DNA of 64,000 nucleotides from Amoebidium appalachense (Eukaryota > Protista > Ichthyosporea): NCBI GenBank assembly GCA_963693365.1, contig CAVNZM010000010.1, positions 2,852,001-2,916,000 of the forward strand. The letters are read 5' to 3'. The notes beneath the pieces were generated by a model that saw only the letters and a program-made list of their open reading frames with translations, ran no database searches and had not been told where the DNA came from. Both the position numbers and the translations under genes were made by a program. Positions 25,766-37,425 of the stretch are shown here, piece after piece (position 1 is the stretch's first letter; every line of letters starts with the position of its first letter).

Positions 25766-27161
25766 CAGGGCCCGGGGGGGTTAGAGTAGGGCAGCTGGGC
25801 CCAAGTGAGGGTGGGCAGGGAGGGCAGCGGGGCCCTGTGCAGGGGAATGTGCCCGAGCACGCGGGGTGTGGGCGGACACAGAGGTAGAAGAAGGGGGGGA
25901 GGGAGTGCTAGGTGAGTGTAAGGGGGGGGGGGGGGAGGCTCGTGGGATGGGGGGGGGAGTAAAATTATGTGCAGTGGCCAGAATAAACGTCTTTGTGTAG
26001 GGACATTTATTCTTGACGCGCGCGGGCGCCGTAGTTGGCCTGCGAAATTTTGTACTCAGCCCTATTGGCCCGTTCTCCCGAGCTCCGTTTCCCTGTACTC
26101 GTGTGTCCTAGCTCCTAACCCCTATGTTCTAGCGGTGTGTGTGGGTGTGCGCGAAGACTAGGCATTGTGCTTGCAGTCTTTGCGGGGGTGTGTGCCAGAG
26201 CAGAGCGGGCACACGTGGGAGAAGGGGCAGGGCTGCTTAGCGCAGGACCGACCGTTAATGTGGAAATTCCTGCAGTGCGTCACGGGTAGATCCACGGGTC
26301 GGGCCGGTTTTGCCGGGCCGGGTTGCGGGCCAGGGCGGTTAGGGGTTTGACCCCCCGCCGGGCTTGTGGGGCGGCTTAAAGCCGTCAAGACCACAGCCGG
26401 GCTTGGGGTACATGGGGCAGGCTGCGCTGGGGTGGTCGGGGGAAGCCACAGCGCTGACATGCGTCCGGGATGAGCAGAGTGGGTGGCAGGAGGAGATCCT
26501 GGTGGAGTTGGGCGAGCAGGTTGGGACACTCGATCGGAGCCCGACCCTGCTGGTGGGCAACGGTGCGGGCGTATACGTCATAGTTGTGGATCTGGGCCCA
26601 CGGGTATCGGGTGCTGAGGCGAGTGATGTGCTGAGTCCAAAGTACGTCTTTGTCCGTGGGGAGGCCGAGGTGGTGCTTGGCGGCCATGTAATGGGTCCAA
26701 GCTTGGATCCAAATGACGAGTGAACGCAGGGGAACGGGTTTGTCTTGGCGAAAAGTCTCGATGCTGCCGTCGTCGGCCATGCGCAGATGCTGACCTTTCT
26801 TGGATGGGGAGTTCCAGGGTAGGGGGCACCTTATCTACATCGCCCCTCTCCTCTCTATTCTTATTCTAAGCTTGTGTCACGATATAAGATGATAATTCCA
26901 ATCCTAAATCCAGAAGATGTCGAAATGTCCAAAATCCGGAAAATCGTCTAATTTCAAAAATCGTCAATTTTGGAATTTTACCAATCATAGTTTGGGTACC
27001 TACGGAAGCCTACGGAACTTTCGCGGTGCTCCAATTTATGAATTTTATAAGAATCTTAAATTGTAATTAACAGATTTATAAGATAGAATAAGTAATTTAG
27101 TACGATTAACATTGTATGTTAGGAATTAAATTAAATCATTCAATGTTAGGAAATAATAAAG

Positions 27162-27554
27162 ATGAGAAAACACGATAAACAAGAATTAATATATGTAACA
27201 GAAGAGAAAACGAAAGGTAGAGAAATATTTAAGAAGGTGTATGGGATAGGAGAAAAGGAATATGCAACAATAAGTGTAGAATTAGGATTGTCAAGCAATC
27301 AAGGTAGAGGAGTAACGTCATATGAAAGAAGTCAAATTGACAATTATATTAAGAGACGTATGAAGTTTACAACATTAATTACAAATGACTTTCATATTAA
27401 ACCTATTGAACAAAATTTAAGAGCTGCTACTAATTCTAAGATTTTAACTTTACAAAACATTAAAACATATAAAGGTATTCGCCATAAAAAGGGATTACCA
27501 GTAAATGGACAACGTACTAAAACTAATGCTGTTTCGGCTAGACGTAAAAGATAA
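27162..27554 (+). CDS. rps13: Mitochondrial ribosomal protein S13 (in NUMT)
   Basis: VYGIG and YKGIRHKKGLPVNGQRTKTNA signatures. Confidence 0.9.
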   Translation: MRKHDKQELIYVTEEKTKGREIFKKVYGIGEKEYATISVELGLSSNQGRGVTSYERSQIDNYIKRRMKFTTLITNDFHIKPIEQNLRAATNSKILTLQNIKTYKGIRHKKGLPVNGQRTKTNAVSARRKR

Positions 27555-27614
27555 CTAGTTTATCTTAACAAACAAGTAATACCTTTAGAGGTTATAATTT
27601 AGGTAATAATAAAG

Positions 27615-28364
27615 ATGATAATAGGATCACCATTAGAACAATTTGTAATAAATCCATTAGTAAGCATATCAATGATAGGAATAGATCTATCAATAACGAA
27701 TTCATCATTAACGATGATAATAGCCATAATATTAATAATAACAGCATATAAATTAAGCATAGAAAGAGGGTACATCGTACCAACTAGAATACAATCTGTA
27801 GTAGAAATCTTATACGAGACTGTTTATGGATTAATTAAAGATAACATCGGAGAAAAAGGTAATGCTTATTTTCCCTTTATCTTTACTTTATTCACATATA
27901 TAGTAGTTTTAAACTTAATGGGAATGGTTCCTTATGTATTTAGTGCTACTGCTCACATTAGTGTTGCTTTAGCTTTATCATTTGGAATTTGATTCGGAGT
28001 TACCTTACGTGGATTTAGTCTTCACGGTATTAACTTCTTAAGCATGTTCATGCCACAAGGAGCTCCAATGGCTCTTGCTCCTTTATTAGTAATGATTGAA
28101 TTAGTAAGTTATTCAGCTAGAGCAATCTCATTAGGTGTTCGTCTTGCTGCCAACGTGAGTTCCGGACATCTTTTACTTGCTATTCTAAGCGGGTTTGCTT
28201 GAACAATGTTAAGTACAGGAGGTATTTTAGCGGCAGTTAGTATCTTACCAGCATTAGTCGTATTTGCTATGTCTGGATTAGAATTAGCCGTTGCGGTTAT
28301 TCAAGCTTATGTTTTCACACTCTTAACTTGTATTTATATTAACGATGCTATTCATTTACATTAA
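27615..28364 (+). CDS. atp6: Mitochondrial ATP synthase subunit a, 249 aa when TGA is read as Trp (in NUMT)
   Basis: SPLEQF N-terminus, [33 protein letters not shown]; in-frame TGA at 27990 and 28200. Confidence 0.95.
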
Positions 28365-29692
28365 TTTTATATTATAACTCTATCTCTCCTCGATGAGAGA
28401 CTAATTCAATGCAATAAATAGGCTTGAAACCGCTATATTTTAAAGATAATGTAACTGTTTACTTGTAGACTTGTGCAACTTTGTTAATTTAACGGCCAGG
28501 AGGGCGGCGGGGGTGAACTTATACAGGTCGACGAAACGATTGGCGTGCAAATCTGCCAGCACATCCGCGGGGGGAAGCGGGAGTGTGCCCGGCTGAATGT
28601 CGCCAGTGTTCTCACCTGTGATGGGGGGCGCGGGCAGGGCAGGTAGGTCTAGGTCAGGGCCGAGATGCAGCCCCGGGGAAACCTCCCCGGGTGTGGAAGG
28701 CGCGGCGGGGGGCGCGGGAGGGTCGCGGTTGGTGAGAGCAGCCAGGACGCCAGCCATCTGGGTGCTGATGGCGGTGAGGGCGGCCAGGACGGCGTCTTGA
28801 GAAGTCATCTGCGGGGACGGCGGGGCCTGAGGGGGGACTTCAGGAGTGGAGGGGAGAGTAGCCGGCGGGTCCGGGTCCGTGGTGGTATGGGCCGCTGGAG
28901 GCGCGTCAGTGTCCGCGGGAGCGTTGGTCAGCCTGTGGCGGAGGTCGCTGCGGGTCAGGCGCTTAGGTGCCGCGGCAGGGGCGGCGGCTGAGGCCTGGCG
29001 CTTTTTCGGCGGCATGCTGACCGGCGTAGGGAAAGATAGGGAGAATGAAAAAGGAATATATAGCTGTAAGGCTGTGGATGCTAAACACAGAAGATGTGTT
29101 TGTAGCTTGCTGATCTGCTAAAAACTGTCGTGCTTATATACCTAAGCCTACCGATCTGAGCCAATCAAAAACCGATCTAGTGATATGTGAAATCTGATCC
29201 GAGCCAATCATAACTCGGTCTAGTGATCTGTGGTATCTGATGTTTTGACTGGCTAATAGGTGCCCGTGTGCGGGCAGCCAACCGCTAACTGCTAAAACAC
29301 GAAATGAAGCCTACATGGTTATGTTGGTACCGAACACCCATCCTACGTGTTTACCCAGAAAAATATTTATGTCAATAATTTCCACAAATAAAACCTACAT
29401 TATAAAAAAGGACTCACTCAACGAGATGAACGAGCGTTACAAAACGTACGTGTCTGCCCCCCCCCCTCCCCCCCCCCCCCCCCCCCGCGCCCCCCACCCA
29501 ACCCCCCCTGTCTTCCCTCCTTCCCACTACGACCCCCCCCCCCCCCCCTGCACGTGTCTAGGTGTATAGATCCTACAGGTAACGATGGCAGGGTTAGGGT
29601 TATTCAGTGAAAGAGTGACAATACATAACCAACTGCAGTGTACATATGCGTGGATGCCCCAGTGATCGTGTTAATGGCCTCTATAATCATCA

Positions 29693-32600
29693 TTCTTATG
29701 CCAACGTCGTCTTTACCAGCCCCAGCAAGGGGATACATGAGCCGGTGCCTGTGGATCAATCTCACAAGCAGGCACAGGTGTGCTCCACAGGAGCAATGAA
29801 AAGAATGACAAATGTCATACAGAAACATGCTCAAAAAACGTAGTCTAGTGCCTAAATAGGCAAAGGGTGTGGTGGGTGGGCAAAAACTAAGCTAAAAAAT
29901 TGGGCCTAAAGAGACCTAAACGCGCTCAGTAGCGCCGCAACTGACCTCCCTGGGGCCGCGCAAGCTCATTATAGAGCGCAGCCCACATTTTTGCCTATGG
30001 AAATATGAAGAAATGACTTAGAACCTATCAAATCCATGAAATCTACCAAAATGGAATTTTTGCTGCACATCAACCAATGAAAAATTTTCACAAGTGGCTA
30101 AAACCCCTAGATCATAAAGACCAAATCGATTGCCGCCCATTTCGGACTAGATATAACTCAAACTCATCAATATATCCATATGGCATATCCCACAGAACAT
30201 AAAAACAGCTACAGCTCCCTAAATAAAAATGCTAGCAGCCTGAAACTTTGCACACACATCAAACACACCATGGCCTACAACATTATACTACCACGAAGTT
30301 TACAGCACACTCGTAACACACAATTTCATTCCAACGGGGCTATCTAATTCTCCTGCAAAGAAAACACGTTTACAAACTTAATATTCTTATGCCAACGTCG
30401 TCTTTACCAGCCCCAGCAAATGGATACATGAGCCGGTGCCTTTGGATCAATCTCACAAGCAGGCACAGGTGTGCTCCACCACTCCCTACCTGGCACGGGA
30501 AGGAACGAACCATGCCGTGGGTGACTGACGCAGCGCTGCAGCCCGGGCAAGGAGCGACGCAGGCACGCGAATAGAAAGAACAAGAGACTGGCCGGCCTGC
30601 ACATACCGGCGGAGGGAGGCATGCGATCTCCATCGACCACGCAGAGCAATCGTCTCTACTGAAACACCCCTGACATAGTCTCTCGAGGCACCACCATGGC
30701 GAAGACTGTGAAGATGGAACCCATACTCGTTGAGGCCGAGGGAGTCACATGCCGCTTGGAACTTGGCACGCAGAACATCATACGAGAAAGGAAACAGCCG
30801 CGCAGAAGGGGGGCGCCACGGAACCAGAAAGACAGGATGGCCAACAGGGACGGATCGGTGATGGGGACAAACTGATTTGGACCGGTCTTGGTGTCGGCCA
30901 GGCGGATGCCGCCTGTACCGGGTGGCATGTCGTGGGGAACGGGGTCGTCGGGCAAAATAAGATCCGCACGGGTGAGCATAAGCAGCTCACTGACACGAAA
31001 ATAACACTCAAATCCAAGCAAAACAGCAATACCAAACAAGGGGCCAATTTTGGAATACAAATGATGGCCAATGACGAGGACCAATGAAAACGGAAGCGGG
31101 GGCGTGGTATTTGCTGGAACAAGCCGGTTCCAGCCCTGCAGGCTCCGTTGGGCGGCCTGCAGGTGTGGACCCAGGCGTGGCATGAAATGCTTGATGCCGG
31201 CAGCTGTGTTGACACAGCGCTGACGCTGGCCACGCGATGGATCAATGGCATAACACTCCTCAAAATACTCCACCAGGAGGTCGTCCAGTTCGGCGGGGGA
31301 CTTGGTGTCGGTACCAGGGGGCAACCAATCCAGGAACTCAACAACAGCATCCCGGTAGGCCTTGAGGGTTGGGGGCTTTATGGCCTGGTCAGCCAGAAAA
31401 CCGCGAGGGACCATCTGCAGGATTGTGGGCTGACGGCAGCCACACACAATACAAACGAATGTCGAGGGCAAGCGTGTAGGCAGCCACCTGGCGGCATACA
31501 CGGTTCAGGCGTTGGGATGCTGAACGACCCTTAGCAACAGCCCCAAGCAGCGCCGTCGAATCAAGGCCCCAAAGGTAGCGGGAGCCCCGGGCAGCCGTAG
31601 ACCGACCTAATCGACGAAGCCCCAGGAGCAAGGCTTCTCCCTCCAGAATGTTGATGTGGTCGGAGTGGCGCCAACGATGACTGATGTTGGTGGTCCACCG
31701 GCCACCAACAGCTGCCAGGATAGGTGCCGGGGGGCGGACGGGCTTGGCTCGTGCACAGGACCAGACAGCTGGCTGTAGTGGCCACGCCGGTTGCAGTGAG
31801 GCAGCACTTCGCGGAGAAGCGTTGCTGGAAGCACCCGGGACACCACTGCACCACCCAACAAGGAAGCATCAGTGCAGAACATGGTGCTAGCAAACCCAGA
31901 ACGCAAATCACAACGCATCAAAGGGGCCAAAGCACACATCGCCTGAAGCTCCCACACCACGGGCGGGGGAAGGGGCTGTTCCCGACCCCCCAGCTGCTCC
32001 ACAAAACTGTAGACGGCACTCAGAACCGACAAAAGCGGCCGCTGCAGCAGTGCCGCCCACACCCAACCACCAAGCAACTGCTGCAAACGGAGCTGCGTGA
32101 CGACACCACGACGCAACACGGCCTGGGTTTCCGCCACCAGACGGCACAAGGAAGCGCCAGACGGGCGCAAAATCCCAGAGCGATGCATTTCCAGGCCTAG
32201 CAGCACCATAGAGGACGACGAACCAGCAGCCACCTCCTTCTTGACATTGGAGGGAAGACCAGCTGGGCCGGTGACGCCATGATACAATGCACGCTGACGA
32301 TTGATGGCGTTGGCATCTGTGCCGACCCAGCCACAGTCGTCCACATACAGGGCATGCTGCGTGGCCTCCACAGGCCGCGGCACTATCGCACAGAGGCGCT
32401 CAATGCGGGGCATGCCGGCTCGGTCAGCCAACTGCCCATGGACGTCTTGAGCCACAAGCACAGAATGCACCCAGCCCATGGGCACGGTCTTGAGGGCCGG
32501 GTACACAAGCCGGTCGGGCCCAGAAATGCCAACAGCCTCCGAAGACACAGGCGGCAATCCGAAGTACCGCCACAGCCACTCCGGGGCAAGAAGACGATGG

Positions 32601-33613
32601 AACTGGTTGTCCATGTCCGACTTGCCAAAATAGAGGCAATCCTCAGCCCAGCAACAGATCGGCAAAATCGGCAGGGTTGAGCAGGTGCACCTGGAGGGCA
32701 GGATGATCACGGGCAAAGAACAGGTTGCCACGGCGGCCGTCAAAAATGACGCGGGCTCTGGTGTCTTTGGGGACCCCAAACAGCCCATTGATGGCCAGTG
32801 GTTTTTCCTTCGCCTCGAAATAGTGCACCATGCCGCAGTCTTGAAGCCGAAGAAGCAGGGGACCGTATTCCCCACTGGGAACGTGATGCGCCGGTCGGAT
32901 GCGGCGCAGCTCTGCAGGCGTCGGCGGAACAGGCTTGAGAAGGCCGCCGTCGCAGTTGGCCAAAAACGGCTGTAGCGTAGGAGACAAAAGCTGCAACACG
33001 TCCACTGTGGCTCCAACCCCAGGGGGTGGCAAAGCGGCATTTGCCGCCGTGAGAGGTAGCCATCCTGTCAATACAGGGTAGGCCGCGGGGAACGCAGCCA
33101 AGACACTAACAAAAACTAAGCTAAAAAATTGGGCCTAAAGAGACCTAAACGCGCTCAGTAGCGCCGCAACTGACCTCCCTGGGGCCGCGCAAGCTCATTA
33201 TAGAGCGCAGCCCACATTTTTGCCTATGGAAATATGAAGAAATGACTTAGAACCTATCAAATCCATGAAATCTACCAAAATGGAATTTTTGCTGCACATC
33301 AACCAATGAAAAATTTTCACAAGTGGCTAAAACCCCTAGATCATAAAGACCAAATCGATTGCCGCCCATTTCGGACTAGATATAACTCAAACTCATCAAT
33401 ATATCCATATGGCATATCCCACAGAACATAAAAACAGCTACAGCTCCCTAAATAAAAATGCTAGCAGCCTGAAACTTTGCACACACATCAAACACACCAT
33501 GGCCTACAACATTATACTACCACGAAGTTAACAGCACACTCGCAACACACAATTTCACTCCAACGGGGCTATCTAATTCTCCTGCAAAGAAAACACGTTT
33601 ACAAACTTAATAT
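29693..33613 (-). mobile_element. Family-A element with gag deleted (A1 fused to RT); RT/RH/YR frameshifted; B1-A2-spacer-B2 intact
   Basis: A1 33110-33613, RT/RH 31389-33107, YR 30490-31415, B1 ~30385-30478, A2 ~29882-30384, B2 from 29693. Confidence 0.92.
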
Positions 33614-36292
33614 AGTGGTCATCATTAAAGCCCCATACGACCACCATAAGGATCGCTAGTTATACCCCCATACGATCATCATAGTGATATCATTCTATGC
33701 CTCATACGATCATCATAATGATCACATACCAATATCCATACGGTCATCATAATGATCACAAGAAGATGATCTAACGGGCGCAACTGACATGTGAATTTGT
33801 TTTTGCACTCCTCATGGAAAGCGGATGAGGCTCATCAGGTGGCCGCGTCTTAGGTATGTACAAATTCAAGTCTACTTTCCCTATGCACATTAACAATATA
33901 ATATTAAAATTTTTAACACTAATTACCGTGACCTAGGCGAGGGTTGTCAATTAAGAATAGCACAGTGACCAAGCAAAGCAAACTACATGCAAAAACCATA
34001 TTTGCAACGCCTCCGTGTGGTGATACCAAATATGGAACAAAAACTCTATAAGTAACCAATCCGATGCGCCTGCTCATATTCCATGCTGCTGTGATTGGCT
34101 TAATCATGAGCCGGGATGACGGAACGGTGGTGGAAGTAGGGTTTGAGGAGGTGAAACAATGGCAATTGTTGGGGACTAAAAATCAGTGGTTTTATGTGCA
34201 AGCCAAATGGGAAACCGTGCTGCCCCCCACGCGAATTTTGAAGCCGTATATAATCAGATCGTGCATGGCCACCTGTATAGGCATTTGGTATCCGTTTAAG
34301 GAATCGTTCGAGTGTGCGCCCATGGGCCGATCCCGGGCCATGACACACACTAATACGATTGCTTAGCTGGCTTCTCCTCAAATTAGGTATGCATGTAAAG
34401 TAGTAAATTTTCTCTCCCTTTATTCACTTTTTACAAAATGATATTGGAACGGTATCTTATTTTGAGCCAAAAGATCTCATATTACTATCTGCGTGGATCG
34501 CGAACAAGTATCCCGATAGGTATCAGAATGATATTGGGATGATATAGTATGGGAAACATCTGGTGTTGTAGAAGAGGATATTGGAATGATATCGTACAAT
34601 TATGTCACAACATCTCATAATGATATATTCATGGGACTAAACAAATATCTGAGAAGTAAAACATAGGTATCGGAATGATATTGTTATGATATAGTATTGG
34701 ATACATCTGGTTTTGCAGAAAAGGATACTGGAATGATATCGTACAATTATGTCACAACATCTCATAATGATATATTCGAGGGACTAAACAAATATCTGAA
34801 AAGCAAAAAATACATACCGGAATGATATTGTTATGCTATAGTATTGGATACATCTGGTTTTGCAGAAAAGGATACTGGAATGATATCGTACAATTATGTC
34901 ACAACATCTCATAATGATATAGTCGTGGGACTAAACTAATATCTGAAAAGTAAAAAATACATATCGGAATGATATTGTTATGCTATAGTATTGGATACAT
35001 CTGGTTTTGCAGAAAAGGATACTGGAATGATATCGTACAATTATGTCACAACATCTCATAATGATATATTTGAGGGACTAAACAAATATCTGAAAAGCAA
35101 ACACTACATATCGGAATGATATTGTTATGATATAATATTGGATACATCTGGTTTTGCAGAAAAGGATACTGGAATGATATCGTACAATTATGTCACAACA
35201 TCTCATAATGATATAGTCGTGGGACTTAACTAATATCTGAAAAGTAAAAAATACATATCGGAATGATATTGTTATGCTATAGTATTGGATACATCTGGTT
35301 TTGCAGAAAAGGATACTGGAATGATATCGTACAATTATGTCACAACATCTCATAATGATATCATGATAGTCGTGGGATTTAACTAATATCTGAAAAGCAA
35401 ACAATACATATCGGAATGATATTGTTATGATATAGTATTGGATACATCTGGTTTTGCAGAAAAGGATACTGGAATGATATCGTACAATTATGTCACAACA
35501 TCTCATAATGATATAGTCGTGGGACTTAACTAATATCTGAAAAGTAAACAATACATATCGGATATTAAGTTTGTAAACGTGTTTTCTTTGCAGGAGAATT
35601 AGATAGCCCCGTTGGAGTGACATTGTGTGTTGCGAGTGTGCTGTAAACTTCGTGGTAGTATAATGCTGTAGGCCATGGTGTGTTTGATGTGTGTGCAAAG
35701 TTTCAGGCTGCTAGCATTTTTATTTACGGAGCTGTAGCTGTTTTTATGTTCTGTGGGATATGCCATATGGATATATTGATGAGTTTGAGTTATATCTAGT
35801 CCGAAATGGGCGGCAATCGATTTGGTCTTTATGATCTAGGGGTTTTAGCCACTTGTGAAAATTTTTCATTGGTTGATGTGCAGCAAAAATTCCATTTTGG
35901 TAGATTTCATGGATTTGATAGGTTCTAAGTCATTTCTTCATATTTCCATAGGCAAAAATGTGGGCCGCGCTCTATAATGAGCTTGCGCGGCCCCAGGGAG
36001 GTCAGTTGCGGCGCTACTGAGCGCGTTTAGGTCTCTTTAGGCCCAATTTTTTAGCTAAGTTTTTGCAACTCTAGTCCCCGTTTTTCGCGCTCTTGTTCGT
36101 TTTTTCTCTAGTTTTTTTTGCCCACGAGCGCGCGCTTAGCTTCGGCATCATCTGGTAAGAGTTGTTCGTGCGCGCCGTTGCGTTTTAGCTGGTTTTTGGA
36201 CGTTTTTTGCGGTGTCGGTTTTCCCACGTTTTTGCATTTTCCCGTCTTCGTTTTCAAGTTTTCGTGCTCTAGTCTGGTTTGTGAGCATTGCA

Positions 36293-37348
36293 ATGGCCCC
36301 TCCTCCTGCTCTGGTCGCCAAGGGGGCCGCTCTCCTCGAAAAGCTTTTGGAGATCTCTACCGATGCGGACGACGCAAGCCTCAAAAGTCTGGCCGTTTTG
36401 CAGTCCAACGCCCTCCCCTGGAACAGCCTGCCGGCAGAAACCGTCAACAGTGTGGTTTCAGCCCTCAAGGCGCGCTCGGTGGCTTTTGATGACCCTGAGA
36501 TGGTCGGTTGGAAAGTCACCGACCAGCTGCACTTGCTCTGTCGCACTCCTCGCAGCGGCCGTGCCTCCCCCCCACCTGGGTCGCCCTCTCCCCAGCGGCG
36601 TTCTGACGGTGTAGACGTCCAAGAGCAGCTGCAGGCGCTTTCTGCCCAAGTGCAAGCCCTCTCTGTTGCCCAGTCTGGTCGCCCCAAGAAGCCCTCTGCC
36701 GGCGGCCTGCTGAGCACGCTGTCTGCGCGGGCAAAGGGCAAGGAGCCTGTCTATGCGTACGACACCGGCAGTGAAGACACCCCATCGTCGAGTGAGGATT
36801 CTGATTCCAGCAGCAGTGGCTACGGTCGTTCCTCTCGCAGCCGTCGTTCCTCTGGCCGTTCCAAACCCAACACCAGCCGTTATCTGCTCTCCAGCGGCGC
36901 CAAAGTCAACCTGCGCGTCAAAGAACGTCTGGCCCCTTCCTACCTCAAGAGCACCTTGGCTGACCAGGCCTCGGTCACTGCGGCTGTCCACGCGGCGGAT
37001 TGGGTCAGCTACCGCAACAAACGGGAGGCTCTGACGCTTGCCCGTATGCTGGATCTGCTGCTGGCCGCCGACCCTAAGGCCCGCAAGGAGTCACCTGCTG
37101 TGGAAGTTGGTGTGCGCCGTCTGCTGGCTGTGCAGACTGCTGATCAGTCCAACGGGGACTGGGCTGTTGCAGAGCAGTTTGAGGAGCTCCCTGCGCGCAG
37201 CCTGCCCCTGCCCCCTGCCTTGGCCACCCGGGCTGTTCGTCAAGCCAAGACCCTCGCCGAAGTCACCCGGGCTCGGCGCGGTCCCGGCAGTGGCCCATCC
37301 GGAGCCGGTCCATCGACCCCTCCGGGGACCGGTGGGCACAGGGCCTAA
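36293..37348 (+). CDS. gag-like ORF1
   Basis: First ORF after A1 and conserved in all copies; assignment is positional. Confidence 0.75.
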   Translation: MAPPPALVAKGAALLEKLLEISTDADDASLKSLAVLQSNALPWNSLPAETVNSVVSALKARSVAFDDPEMVGWKVTDQLHLLCRTPRSGRASPPPGSPSPQRRSDGVDVQEQLQALSAQVQALSVAQSGRPKKPSAGGLLSTLSARAKGKEPVYAYDTGSEDTPSSSEDSDSSSSGYGRSSRSRRSSGRSKPNTSRYLLSSGAKVNLRVKERLAPSYLKSTLADQASVTAAVHAADWVSYRNKREALTLARMLDLLLAADPKARKESPAVEVGVRRLLAVQTADQSNGDWAVAEQFEELPARSLPLPPALATRAVRQAKTLAEVTRARRGPGSGPSGAGPSTPPGTGGHRA

Positions 37349-37425
37349 ACGGCCCTTTGGGGGTTCGGCACGCGGTTCTGTATATTATATTCTTGTGGCT
37401 TCCTGCCACGTGCCCTTGATTAAAT

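Larger units (their letters stand above)
26830..28491 (+). other. Mitochondrial DNA insertion (NUMT), ~1.66 kb
   Basis: AT-rich block with rps13 and atp6; gag reading LLAV|PPT rejoins across it with a shared GT dinucleotide. Confidence 0.9.
26158..29015 (-). pseudogene. gag-like ORF of the Ngaro-like element with C-terminal Cys/His fingers, split by the NUMT and frameshifted
   Basis: N-terminal part 29015-28492, resumes at 26829; CRNFHINGRSCAKQPCPFSHVCPLCSGTHPRKDC. Confidence 0.8.
22271..29396 (-). mobile_element. Ngaro-like tyrosine-recombinase retrotransposon with split direct repeats
   Basis: A1 29046-29396 = A2 22491-22840; B1 22841-22929 = B2 22271-22359; order gag, RT/RNaseH, YR. Confidence 0.92.

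Noticed and set aside
27615-27992. Apparently truncated atp6 in the ORF track
   Set aside because: The TGA is Trp in the mitochondrial code; the frame continues to TAA at 28364
33805-33845. Hammerhead-like CTGATGA plus hairpin on the minus strand
   Set aside because: No properly placed GAAA core or stems I/III
35078-35698. 206-aa repetitive ORF
   Set aside because: Artefact of a 147-bp (multiple of 3) repeat fused to the A repeat
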